Source of the DNA: a virus
Direction: 5' to 3' (one strand)
Length of the DNA: 64,000 nucleotides
Virus record (IMG/VR): IMGVR_UViG_3300002026_000029
Span: 1-64,000 of that record
Shown here: positions 1 through 9,404 of the stretch, piece after piece
How the letters are laid out: each line of letters starts with the position of its first letter
How positions within the stretch are numbered: position 1 is the first letter of the stretch
Made by a program: the position numbers and the translations under genes
Notes under the pieces: generated by a model
What the model was told of the DNA's origin: nothing
Database searches by the model: none
What the model saw: the letters and a program-made list of their open reading frames with translations, nothing else

Positions 1-1
1 C

Positions 2-61
2 GCTGTGTGTAGTGGTAAACGTAAATCACATGCAGGTTACCAGTGGCAGTACGCAGTGTAA
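2..61 (+). CDS. 3' end of a gene with a NUMOD1/IENR1-type DNA-binding motif (probable homing endonuclease), truncated by the window edge
   Basis: Frame 2 reads AVCSGKRKSHAGYQWQYAV*, matching the C-x-G-K-R-K-x-x-x-G-Y-x-W-x-Y NUMOD1 tail. Confidence 0.6.
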   Translation, partial: AVCSGKRKSHAGYQWQYAV

Positions 62-63
62 TG

Positions 64-72
64 TGCTATAAT
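64..72 (+). promoter_or_regulatory. Extended -10 sigma70-type promoter (TGCTATAAT)
   Basis: TGnTATAAT in an intergenic region upstream of an AAGGA RBS and ORF 150. The motif recurs before other late genes. Confidence 0.55.
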
Positions 73-149
73 CCCACCTACGGACTAGTTGCAATACTAG
101 GAACAATTAAGGCAATAGGTAACAACCTATCCAAATTAAAAGGAATACA

Positions 150-722
150 ATGAGTAAGATGTTTGAAGATATGACTAACGCAGAGCTAAAGGTAGCTTGT
201 GAAGATTTTGGTTTAGAAGTAGTAGCGAAGACACTAACACCTGTTAAAGCAGAGTACCTTGCTGTACTGAATGCATTTAAAGCTAAACAAGATATTATTC
301 ATATCAATAAGAAAGTGGATAATGAAGTGTTGGAGCCTGTAACAGATGGTTCTAAACGAAAACCTCAAAGTAAGTCACAACTAATTAAACTAGACTTATT
401 TAATAAGATTAGAGTTGTAGTTCATGATCAGCAAGAGTCTCAGACTAAAGATGAAATGATCTCCGTATCGTGGGGTAATAGAACTACTGGTGGTCAAACA
501 GATTTTGTAGACTTAAGTGGTGAACCTCAGTACATTAGACGCGGCGCTATATTGAATTTACAAGAAGCTACTATGGATGTACAAACTCCTAAGAATGGGA
601 ATAGTGGTGTTGATATTGGTAGAAAGAAAAGATTTATAGTCGTAGAAGTTGATAGTATGACTGAGGCTGAGTTAGATGCGTTAAAGAACAAGCAAACACT
701 TAGAACAGCTAAGTACGCTTAA
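150..722 (+). CDS. N4 gp55-like virion-module protein
   Basis: 190 aa with AAGGA RBS. KIRVVVH...ISVSWGN...KRFIVVEVDSMTEAELDALKNKQ resembles the conserved protein that follows the major capsid gene in N4-like phages. Confidence 0.55.
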   Translation: MSKMFEDMTNAELKVACEDFGLEVVAKTLTPVKAEYLAVLNAFKAKQDIIHINKKVDNEVLEPVTDGSKRKPQSKSQLIKLDLFNKIRVVVHDQQESQTKDEMISVSWGNRTTGGQTDFVDLSGEPQYIRRGAILNLQEATMDVQTPKNGNSGVDIGRKKRFIVVEVDSMTEAELDALKNKQTLRTAKYA

Positions 723-728
723 GTATAT

Positions 729-750
729 AGAGGCTTCTTAGGAAGCTTCT
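729..750 (+). terminator. Intergenic hairpin with TTAG loop (terminator or regulatory)
   Basis: AGAGGCTTC-TTAG-GAAGCTTCT directly after the stop of ORF 150-722. No strong U-tract. Confidence 0.45.
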
Positions 751-773
751 GGTATATTTAATAAAGGATTAAT

Positions 774-1142
774 ATGGCTACAGTAACAAAGTTCACAATC
801 TCTAAAGGGAATGCGTTGGAGTTCTATATAGTAATGAAGGAAGATGGTACTGTGCTGCCATTAGAACTTAGTGTAGCTGATGAATTTTATTATACACTGG
901 TCGATAAAGAGACTGATGAGAAGTATGCTGAAGATGTACCTATGGAAATTAGTGATCAAATAAATGGTGTTGTAAAAGGTACTATTACTGCTATTGTAAG
1001 TGCTACGTTACCTACTAAGAAGAGCAGTGCTGAGGATGGATTTATGCCACGTCCTAACCTTCGTATTATAGTGAATGGTGAAACAGAAGCACAAGGGCCA
1101 TTTGTAGCTGCGATTGACGACGTATATGTTGTTGTAGGATAA
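774..1142 (+). CDS. Putative tail/adaptor structural protein (BppU-N-like beta domain)
   Basis: 122 aa, beta-rich (FTISKGN..., GVVKGTITA), directly upstream of the tail fibre. Confidence 0.45.
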   Translation: MATVTKFTISKGNALEFYIVMKEDGTVLPLELSVADEFYYTLVDKETDEKYAEDVPMEISDQINGVVKGTITAIVSATLPTKKSSAEDGFMPRPNLRIIVNGETEAQGPFVAAIDDVYVVVG

Positions 1143-1144
1143 CT

Positions 1145-3982
1145 ATGAGCAATACAGTTGATATAGAAGTAGTTACACCAGTAACAGCACAAGCAGAAAT
1201 TCATAAATATACGCTAGTGAGTGATGATATTTATGTAAAGAGATATGATAGTTTTAATGTACCTGATTGGTATGAGAATATGATCCATGATATTATTGAT
1301 AGAAATTATAACGTTAATACTACCGGAGACATTATTGCATTTCTTTCTAATTTACAAGAAGGATACTCTCAAAGTTTAACTACCTTAAAGAATAAAGACG
1401 AAGTAATTAATGCAAGTCTAACTAGTTTGATTACCAAGAGTGACGTGGCTTTAGCAGGTATTGCAAATTTAGATATCACTAAGATATCTGCTGCTGATGC
1501 ACAAGCCATATCTAGAGATACTGTAGGAGCCTTCTTCACAACTGGTAATAGTACTAGTTCTGCATGGTTTACCAGTGAAGTTGATACGTATGCTAGTGCT
1601 ACTGAAGCTAACTCGACTAATATTGAAGTACTTAGTGTTGTACTAGATGGACAAACTGTAAGAATAGATACAATAGATGATGTTATTATAGAACTTGAGA
1701 GTACTACAACTACTTCTATTAGTAAGCTAGTTGACCTAGAGGCTGCTAGGGATGGAATGATAGAGGCATTCTATCAGGGAGCTGCTCCGAGTAGTGGGAT
1801 GAGTTATGGTGACTACTGGGTTGATATAGATAGTGGAACCCCATTTATTGTATACAGATATGAGAATGCAGATGGTAGTAGTAATACTCCATTGGGTTGG
1901 CAGGTAAACACAGGTGAAGCTGCTAAAGCATTCGCAGCGTCATACAACGCCCAATATACTGCTGATGGCAAGATAAAAGTCCATTACACTACATTGGCAA
2001 CAAGACCAATACTAACTACCTCCGATGTAGGAGATATGTGGGTTAGTTCTGATATAGTTACAAAAGGACTAACTAAAATATGGGAGGGAAACAGTTGGGA
2101 AGATGTAACAAACACTGCAGCAAACACAGCATATACATGGAGTGCTAAATCTGTAAAGAAACTCACAGGCGCGGATGGCTCTAATATGGGGTTTCAGTTA
2201 ATAAGTGCAGGCAGTACTAGTGCTCCTACAGCAGCAGAGAGATCATTCACTATAATAGCTGATACGTTTAAGGTAATAGGTGTTGAACAAGCAGTATGGA
2301 ATCCAATTACAGAGAAGTTTGATGTTAATGCTAATGCTAAGCATCCATTTACAGTTAATACAACTACAGGGGACATAAGTTTTAACGGTAAAGTATCCTT
2401 TAGTAATATAAAAGACCCTCCTACATTGGCCTCTACAAACACTAATATTAATGTAACCAATAATCTAGTACCTACTGCAGGATGGCAAGTTGGGGGGTAT
2501 GGTGATTATCAATTCTACGCCTCTCCTACATACTATAGAGATATTGGTGCAGGAACAGTAGCTGAGGATGAGCTTCTATTAAATGCGGGGGATGAGGTGT
2601 ATGATCCATATATAGCAGATATGACAATACCTTATCAGCTATCTTACGCATTCAAAGGAGCTAATATAGGCTCCTTCATAACTGTTATTGGACTGACTCC
2701 TACTGCAATAGATATCCTACCGTCTAGTTTAATCATAGACCCGACTAAATGGTATATAGTACAGTTTAATGTACTACCTAATGGGACTACTGCTACAAGT
2801 ACAGGATTTATTAGAGAAGCTGTAAGTTTATTTCAAATAGCTAATATAACAGATGTAGTATTACCTCTGGGTATTGAGAAGTTTCTGATGGGATTTATAG
2901 CTACTGCAGATACATATATATCTAGAGTAAGTATCACATATCTAAATTCAACTACTCCATCAACTACTGCTGTAACTATTGATAACATCGGTTCGGTTAT
3001 TAGAGCTACTACAACTACTATTGATGGACCGAGCATATCTACTGGAGCTATTACGGCTAATCAAATAGATGTAAATTCTATAACAGTAGATAAACTTGAT
3101 TTTAGTACCGCTAGTAATCGTAATGCATTTGCTTCTATAATAGGTTCAGCAATGCTTGAGTACACAACATTTCTATCCCAATTCTTTTCAATAGCTAATA
3201 TCGGAGGGGTAGGATCTGTAAAAACACAGCAAGACAGGGTTAGTATATGTATAGATGATAAAACATGGTTCTCTGTATACAGAGAGAATAATGATTTAGT
3301 ACTATGGGTGTATGGAACAGATCCTAGTGAGACAAAGATTGGATGGAACTGTGATAATTCTCAAGGAAATACACATAGAATTACATATACTACAGAAGAG
3401 ATTACTTTATCTAGTGCTATAACTATAACGGCTTCAGATTATGTAAATGACTTTTTTCATAAGAATTTAGGATCCACCTATAATTGGACATATAGTAGTT
3501 TTAATGATGTTCCTTTATATGAAAATAGATCAACTAAAAAATCTTCTTGGATTCAGAGTTCGGGAGGGTCTACATCGGTAGCATACACCTACAGTATGCT
3601 TGGAGTCATAATATCAAATACTATATCAACTATAGTATATGATAGTGTTAATGGGGGGTTGGCAAGTAAAATAGGTAAAGAGTATACCATTAATTTTAAC
3701 TCTTCTGGAGACGCAACTGTTCTACTTCCAATAGGTGTATATGCTGTTAAACCAGGACAAACAATACTTATTCAGGATAATTCTATAATTGTGATGGGTT
3801 CTCCGAGTGAGGTACCTGTGCAAGCGGTGGTGTATAATACTGACACAGCAATATCTAGTACATTCGTAAGTGTATCTGATAGCAGTATTATTTCCTTAGT
3901 AGTAAGTGGATGGGGGCCTGTGGATGCAAGGTATGTAAGACCTACAGTAGCAACAACAATAATTGTGATAAAGGTAGGATAA
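1145..3982 (+). CDS. Tail fibre / host specificity protein
   Basis: 945 aa, Thr/Ser-rich. GDYWVD and GDMWV repeats, IIADTFKV...PFTV...SFNGKVSF segment typical of J-like fibres, and GAITANQIDVNSITVDKL repeats. Confidence 0.75.
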   Translation: MSNTVDIEVVTPVTAQAEIHKYTLVSDDIYVKRYDSFNVPDWYENMIHDIIDRNYNVNTTGDIIAFLSNLQEGYSQSLTTLKNKDEVINASLTSLITKSDVALAGIANLDITKISAADAQAISRDTVGAFFTTGNSTSSAWFTSEVDTYASATEANSTNIEVLSVVLDGQTVRIDTIDDVIIELESTTTTSISKLVDLEAARDGMIEAFYQGAAPSSGMSYGDYWVDIDSGTPFIVYRYENADGSSNTPLGWQVNTGEAAKAFAASYNAQYTADGKIKVHYTTLATRPILTTSDVGDMWVSSDIVTKGLTKIWEGNSWEDVTNTAANTAYTWSAKSVKKLTGADGSNMGFQLISAGSTSAPTAAERSFTIIADTFKVIGVEQAVWNPITEKFDVNANAKHPFTVNTTTGDISFNGKVSFSNIKDPPTLASTNTNINVTNNLVPTAGWQVGGYGDYQFYASPTYYRDIGAGTVAEDELLLNAGDEVYDPYIADMTIPYQLSYAFKGANIGSFITVIGLTPTAIDILPSSLIIDPTKWYIVQFNVLPNGTTATSTGFIREAVSLFQIANITDVVLPLGIEKFLMGFIATADTYISRVSITYLNSTTPSTTAVTIDNIGSVIRATTTTIDGPSISTGAITANQIDVNSITVDKLDFSTASNRNAFASIIGSAMLEYTTFLSQFFSIANIGGVGSVKTQQDRVSICIDDKTWFSVYRENNDLVLWVYGTDPSETKIGWNCDNSQGNTHRITYTTEEITLSSAITITASDYVNDFFHKNLGSTYNWTYSSFNDVPLYENRSTKKSSWIQSSGGSTSVAYTYSMLGVIISNTISTIVYDSVNGGLASKIGKEYTINFNSSGDATVLLPIGVYAVKPGQTILIQDNSIIVMGSPSEVPVQAVVYNTDTAISSTFVSVSDSSIISLVVSGWGPVDARYVRPTVATTIIVIKVG

Positions 3983-3988
3983 ATATAA

Positions 3989-5332
3989 ATGCATTTAGAT
4001 CTAACAACATTAAAGCCTGCTAAGGTAGGTACCTCAGAAATAGCTACAAAAAGTGATGTGCATACAGCTAGTATGTATTTAGGAGAATTTACTGAATTAC
4101 CTCCACAAATCGTAATACAGTTAAACGGGACTCAGTACACAATCAAATCAGGAGATACCTGTAAGAATCTGACTGATGGAAACATGTATTTCTATAACGG
4201 AGTTACTTGGGTTGCCATGCTTGCTCAAGGACAAGTGAAAGGGATATGTTTTTTACGCAGTGCTACTCAACCTACAGTACCTATAGGAGGCTCTTTTCTA
4301 AATCCTACTGCAGATGGATGGAATGATGGAGTTCCTACTGGTACCAGTCCTTTATACATGTGTAGTAGAACCTTCACAAGTGACACACTAACTCCGCAAG
4401 ACACCGAATGGACAACTCCTGTATTAACTTCATCTTTAGGACAAGGTGCTAAGACACAGTTTAGTATAGATGGAAATACTTTATGGCATGATACTCCTGC
4501 AATGGAGGATGACTATATGCGAATTGGTACTAGTAATGATAATGGTGTGACATGGACTTATGTAGGATCTGTGAAGATTAAAGGGGAAGTTGGAGCTACA
4601 GGAGCTACAGGAGCTACAGGAGCTACAGGAGCTACAGGAGCTGCTGGAACTGATGGAGCTGATGGAGCTGATGGAAGCCGGGGGGCAGGTTGGTTTAGTG
4701 GGACAAGTACCGCAAGTGCTTGGAATGATACAACTGCTAATAGTGTTATTAGTAATATTGGACTAATAAAAGTTTTGCAAGATCGTGTAACCCTTTCTAA
4801 ATCTACTCCTACTGCTTGGAGTACTACAAAATACTGGAGCGGGTCTAGTTGGATAGCAGCTGAGATGGTTATCAATGGTAATCTGGTTGTTACTGGTACT
4901 GTTCTTGCCAGCAGTATAAAAGCAGGGCATATTGGTACTGCTGTAAGTAGTTCTGCAAATACAGGTGTTTCTGCACTTGCTACGTTTGGAACTGCTATTT
5001 CATCGAGTGCTACAACTATTACTTTGTTAACATACGTTAATAGCTCTAATACAGCGGTAAACGTGCTTATTACAGCAATAGGAAGAACTGGGGTGGTGTC
5101 TGGAAACCCTGTGGCAACTACTACAGGATTCGCTTTATTCCAAAATACAGTTTCTATAAAAGATAATGGGTGGACTCCTGCAACGGAGGATACTAAAGCA
5201 TTATGTGTAGTTGCTACAGTTGCTGCTTATAGTAGCGCCACATTTAAACTTTTGGCAGCTAAAAGTGACGATAATTGTGCCGTTGGCGCAAATATGACTC
5301 TTAGTTGTATCGGCCTAGCAACAGGGAGCTAA
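3989..5332 (+). CDS. Tail fibre protein with collagen-like repeat
   Basis: 447 aa with (GAT)n G-X-Y collagen stretch and VINGNLVVTGTV motif. Confidence 0.75.
   Translation: MHLDLTTLKPAKVGTSEIATKSDVHTASMYLGEFTELPPQIVIQLNGTQYTIKSGDTCKNLTDGNMYFYNGVTWVAMLAQGQVKGICFLRSATQPTVPIGGSFLNPTADGWNDGVPTGTSPLYMCSRTFTSDTLTPQDTEWTTPVLTSSLGQGAKTQFSIDGNTLWHDTPAMEDDYMRIGTSNDNGVTWTYVGSVKIKGEVGATGATGATGATGATGAAGTDGADGADGSRGAGWFSGTSTASAWNDTTANSVISNIGLIKVLQDRVTLSKSTPTAWSTTKYWSGSSWIAAEMVINGNLVVTGTVLASSIKAGHIGTAVSSSANTGVSALATFGTAISSSATTITLLTYVNSSNTAVNVLITAIGRTGVVSGNPVATTTGFALFQNTVSIKDNGWTPATEDTKALCVVATVAAYSSATFKLLAAKSDDNCAVGANMTLSCIGLATGS
4592..4672 (+). repeat. 9-bp tandem repeat encoding collagen-like G-X-Y
   Basis: GGAGCTACA x5 exact (4592-4636) followed by GGAGCTGCT, GGAACTGAT and GGAGCTGAT x2. 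Confidence 0.95.
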
Positions 5333-5334
5333 TT

Positions 5335-5730
5335 ATGATAGTAGAAATATATGATGTCAATGGTATGTATAATCGTTCAATAGTTGGAGATGAGTTTCAG
5401 TGTATAGCTAATGTACTTAATGGGGAGACGTTTAAAGAAGTAGAGACTATTAGAGTAGAGTCGTTAATTAATGAACGTGCTCATTTAAAGTCTGTGAAAA
5501 TGTATGATGTTGATACTATTATGGTTACTACTTCTAGAGGTAAGGTTTTCGATGGAGATGAAACTTCGCAGGGTAGAATACTGAGAGCGATTCAAATATC
5601 GGCAATTACTGGGCAGACTACTACACAATGGAAGTTAGCGGATAATACTATTGTAGAGGTAACAATTGACGATCTAAAAGAAGCACTAGCCTTAGCGGGA
5701 CAAGAGATGTCTAGAATATGGTTGCAGTAG
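5335..5730 (+). CDS. DUF4376-like tail fibre assembly protein
   Basis: FDGDETSQGRI...WKLADNTIVEVT..DLKEALALA signature, directly after the fibre gene. ATG at 5335 preferred over the track start. Confidence 0.7.
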   Translation: MIVEIYDVNGMYNRSIVGDEFQCIANVLNGETFKEVETIRVESLINERAHLKSVKMYDVDTIMVTTSRGKVFDGDETSQGRILRAIQISAITGQTTTQWKLADNTIVEVTIDDLKEALALAGQEMSRIWLQ

Positions 5731-5736
5731 CTTCTG

Positions 5737-5745
5737 TGTTATAAT
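5737..5745 (+). promoter_or_regulatory. Extended -10 promoter (TGTTATAAT)
   Basis: Intergenic TGnTATAAT upstream of ORF 5838. Confidence 0.5.
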
Positions 5746-5837
5746 TTCAACAATATCTAAAAGGATAAAATATAGCAACTGCCACACACCCACGAGTTAA
5801 GCTAAACAATTTCAATAATAAACACAAGGATAAATAA

Positions 5838-6656
5838 ATGCCAATATGTACAACAACACTACCAAGAGCAACACTTGCTGATGGTACACTAGACGTAGTA
5901 ACTAAATTTAGAGTACTATCAGAAGCGGCTTTAGCAACTGATAGTATCTATATGAGAGCAAAGGATACATTCAAAGAACTCTTTGATCGTAACGGGATGA
6001 CTCATGAGGAGTATGCAACTCATGCTAGTGCATTCATAAGTCAATTAGCTAGTACTACTACACAGAGTGCTATGCAAGCTGCTATGCAGTGGGCTAAAGA
6101 AGAGAAAGATGGTGCTTATTCATTAGCACTGGTAAAAGCTAATATTGAACTTACGCAGGCACAACGTGAGTTAGTTGCTGATAATATATGTAAGACGAAG
6201 TCGGAGACTGCATTGATCTGTGCTAATATCACAGCAACGTTATCAGGGTCTATTCGAGATAACGGTAGAGTTGAAACACTAGGTGCTGATGGGTGTACAC
6301 CACTGTCGTTATATAATGAGGGTATTAAGTTTGCCCAGTTAAAAGGGCAAGAAGCTCAATTGTATAGTGTATTAGCTGATGCTTATAGGAAGTCAGGAGT
6401 AGTTACTATTGGTATTGATACAGATGGACAGATCAAGGCTCTTAGTGGTGATACTAAAGGGTATACAGATGCACAAGAGAAGTTTGCGTTACGTCAGATA
6501 ACTTCATTTGAAGATAGTAAACGTAACCATGCGGCTAATGCAGTATCAACCCTAATTGGTCAATTACTATCAACTGATATCGCACCAAGTGCTGCGTATG
6601 TTGAACAATGGAATAATGCTATTGCGTATTTAACTACAAATAGTCCAGCTAGTTAA
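5838..6656 (+). CDS. Virion structural protein (N4 gp54-like position)
   Basis: 272 aa, helical, with RBS AAGGA. Position between fibres and ejection proteins matches N4-like synteny. Confidence 0.5.
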   Translation: MPICTTTLPRATLADGTLDVVTKFRVLSEAALATDSIYMRAKDTFKELFDRNGMTHEEYATHASAFISQLASTTTQSAMQAAMQWAKEEKDGAYSLALVKANIELTQAQRELVADNICKTKSETALICANITATLSGSIRDNGRVETLGADGCTPLSLYNEGIKFAQLKGQEAQLYSVLADAYRKSGVVTIGIDTDGQIKALSGDTKGYTDAQEKFALRQITSFEDSKRNHAANAVSTLIGQLLSTDIAPSAAYVEQWNNAIAYLTTNSPAS

Positions 6657-6662
6657 CCACAA

Positions 6663-8882
6663 ATGAGTTTTGTGTACAGGGACTATGCAGGACCTAGAGT
6701 AGTTGCTAATAATGTTGCTATACTGAAGAAGTCCTTGTTTAGTAAGTTGTGCTCCCAAACAAGTGTTGATGGAGTACAAGTATTTGACAAGATAATCTTT
6801 TACAATGGTGATAATAGTGTTGTAAGTAAGGATAGTACGTTTATACGCTTGTTACAGTTACTTGGTATGAAGAGAAAGGAATTAGTTGACATTGATCATA
6901 TATGGGATTTAGCTCAGATATGGTTTTACCTTGACTCTACTAAGTATAAGTTTGATGATAGAGATAAAGCCTTTTTAACTAATAAGCTTAACTATGAATA
7001 CTTAGATCAGATGACAACATTACCTGAAGTACACCCTTACTATAGGTATACAACGTATGTTACAGCAGGTGATGTAGTGGCAACACTACCAGTTGGTGGT
7101 GTATACACATTCTCTACTGGGTCCAGTGTTAGTGGCGATGGGTATTACTCCATTACACCAACAGGTGTTATTAGTATTACCGAAGCTGGTATTGAGGCTA
7201 ATGTTAATATAGTTATGTATGGTGATTCACTAGGGTACCAAATGTATAGTGTGAAGAAAGTCTTATCAGATGTTACTACATATACTGATATTTATTTACA
7301 ACCACAAAGAGAGTACATAGATATAAAGATAACGTTAGGTGGTGTTAATATTAATATGCCAGCTGATAGTGGTTTTACGCCTACGAGTGGTGGTGTTCCT
7401 AATATGTTTGCAGATCTACCTACTATTAGGGGTATAGTTGAATCTAATCCAGTTGGACTATTGGGTGGTATTAGCACAAGTCGTATAACAACTCCATCAT
7501 TTAATAGTGTAGTTCGATATGGATCTAATAAGTTATCTAATGTAGTTGGAGTAGCATCAGTTGATCCAATATATGGTAACGCTAGTGATACTATTGCACT
7601 ACTGGATAATGGTGAGTTGTTCACAGTTGAGAGTGCGTGCTTTAATGAGAAGATTGGGTATACCTCTGTGCCTTATTACGGAGGAAATGCACGAGGTACT
7701 GTAGTAAAGCAAGTGTCGTATAATATGTACTATGAGTATACAAAGAGATACAGAGTTAATCACGTGTATGCTACTGATACATCAGTGGCTATTGTCACTG
7801 CATTCAATGCATACCAATCAATTGTTGCATCAGCTTCTACTGGTAAGTTACCACTTAGTACTACTAGATGGAATGCTATAATTATGCCTCGTGTTAGGGC
7901 AGCCATTAATAACTCAGCTAATACTAACGCTATATCACAAATGATCCATAACTTGACACGTGACTCATTGCTGTTTAATGACAATGCCTTTTATAAGGGT
8001 AAGCTACGAGTTGATACCTTTAATGCTATGAAAGCATCAGAGTTTAATGTTATCTTCTCATCATGCTTTGCTCTTGATTATAAACGGGAGAAAAAGAATG
8101 ATGGAGGTATGTGGGGTAAAATAATTGCTATTGTTATTATTATTGTAGCTATAGTGATTGTAGTGGCATTTTCAATGATTGGTATGCCGGCCATTGGACT
8201 TACAATTGCTAGTTTATTCCTAACAGTAGCAGGTGCAGTGTATGCTAAGAACTTTCCAGGTGCAACTGGCGCCATAAAGATGATAGGTACTTGTGCTCAA
8301 TGGACTGGATATGCAGCTATGGCATTTGGTATTGCTAACATTGCACAAGGACTAATAGAGCAACTCTCGACTAAAGTAGCTATAGATGCCGCTGTAGAAG
8401 CTGGCCGGATGACACTTGTTGAAGCAGCCATGGTAATGCCCCACATATACTTTGAAGTAGCAGTCTTAAGCTTACAGTTAGTTGCTACAACAGCTGGTGT
8501 ATTAGTTATGGCTGGTGTCGGGGATGATAAGTTTAAAAAAGATATGATGCTAGTAGGTGGTGTTGCTGCACTACTTGCTGGTGGTGCTATGTTTTATAGT
8601 ACAATAGGTACTACATCAGATTCAGTCATGAAAGATGTTGCAGGGTATCTTTCATTAGCTAATGACGGGTTAAAGGTCTACTCTGCAATCAATTTGTATA
8701 CTACGGACTATGAGCAGTTAGCGACTGAAGAGCAAGCAACTAAGGAAGATGGTGTAGAGGCTCTATTTGATCTAAGAGAGTTATCTATGGAGAATGATGC
8801 TCTACTTCATATGCATAACCTAAAAGAAAGTTCTTTTGGTGGAAATAAGACAGAATACCTAATAAGTCAGACTATGGCGTAG
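6663..8882 (+). CDS. Virion protein with C-terminal transmembrane helices (N4 gp53-like; putative ejection channel)
   Basis: 739 aa. Strongly hydrophobic stretch IIAIVIIIVAIVIVVAF followed by several further TM-like helices. Confidence 0.55.
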   Translation: MSFVYRDYAGPRVVANNVAILKKSLFSKLCSQTSVDGVQVFDKIIFYNGDNSVVSKDSTFIRLLQLLGMKRKELVDIDHIWDLAQIWFYLDSTKYKFDDRDKAFLTNKLNYEYLDQMTTLPEVHPYYRYTTYVTAGDVVATLPVGGVYTFSTGSSVSGDGYYSITPTGVISITEAGIEANVNIVMYGDSLGYQMYSVKKVLSDVTTYTDIYLQPQREYIDIKITLGGVNINMPADSGFTPTSGGVPNMFADLPTIRGIVESNPVGLLGGISTSRITTPSFNSVVRYGSNKLSNVVGVASVDPIYGNASDTIALLDNGELFTVESACFNEKIGYTSVPYYGGNARGTVVKQVSYNMYYEYTKRYRVNHVYATDTSVAIVTAFNAYQSIVASASTGKLPLSTTRWNAIIMPRVRAAINNSANTNAISQMIHNLTRDSLLFNDNAFYKGKLRVDTFNAMKASEFNVIFSSCFALDYKREKKNDGGMWGKIIAIVIIIVAIVIVVAFSMIGMPAIGLTIASLFLTVAGAVYAKNFPGATGAIKMIGTCAQWTGYAAMAFGIANIAQGLIEQLSTKVAIDAAVEAGRMTLVEAAMVMPHIYFEVAVLSLQLVATTAGVLVMAGVGDDKFKKDMMLVGGVAALLAGGAMFYSTIGTTSDSVMKDVAGYLSLANDGLKVYSAINLYTTDYEQLATEEQATKEDGVEALFDLRELSMENDALLHMHNLKESSFGGNKTEYLISQTMA

Positions 8883-8891
8883 TGTTAACTA

Positions 8892-8900
8892 TGCTATACT
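8892..8900 (+). promoter_or_regulatory. Extended -10 promoter (TGCTATACT)
   Basis: Intergenic, upstream of the AAAAGGA RBS of ORF 8931. Confidence 0.45.
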
Positions 8901-8930
8901 TCGTAAATTTAAGAATAAAAGGAATTATTA

Positions 8931-9362
8931 ATGGGTGAAATTGAAAATAATGCAGGACAAGCATCAAGCTCTTCATGGTTTGATTCATGGTTTGGTGATA
9001 GTGATAAGCTAGGTGCAAATGGACTTACACAGACTACTACTGACTATAGTAAGTCTATTCTCGCTTTACAAGAGAAACACCCTGGAGCTAGTCAAACTGA
9101 GCTGGCAGCAATGCTAGAAGCATCTAAACCAAAGGACACCTTCCTGGGTATGGGTAAAGGTACGCTGGAAGGAGTAACTGGTTTCGCTTCAACTTTAGCC
9201 ACAGGGTTCGATATATATGATAAACTATGGGGCGATACGGCTAGTCTAAATAAGCAACGTAAAGATATATACAACCAACAAATTGCCTCTAATAATGCTG
9301 CTGCAAAGGCAAAGGCAAACTTTGTGACTAACATTAATGCATCTGGCTTGGGTAAGTTATAG
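8931..9362 (+). CDS. Small internal virion/ejection protein
   Basis: 143 aa, Gly/Ala/Ser-rich and Cys-free, with a Q/N/A coiled-coil tail, in the ejection-protein block. Confidence 0.5.
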   Translation: MGEIENNAGQASSSSWFDSWFGDSDKLGANGLTQTTTDYSKSILALQEKHPGASQTELAAMLEASKPKDTFLGMGKGTLEGVTGFASTLATGFDIYDKLWGDTASLNKQRKDIYNQQIASNNAAAKAKANFVTNINASGLGKL

Positions 9363-9404
9363 TCTGAGTTATAAATACATATAAAATAAGGATGGTGTCA
9401 TACT

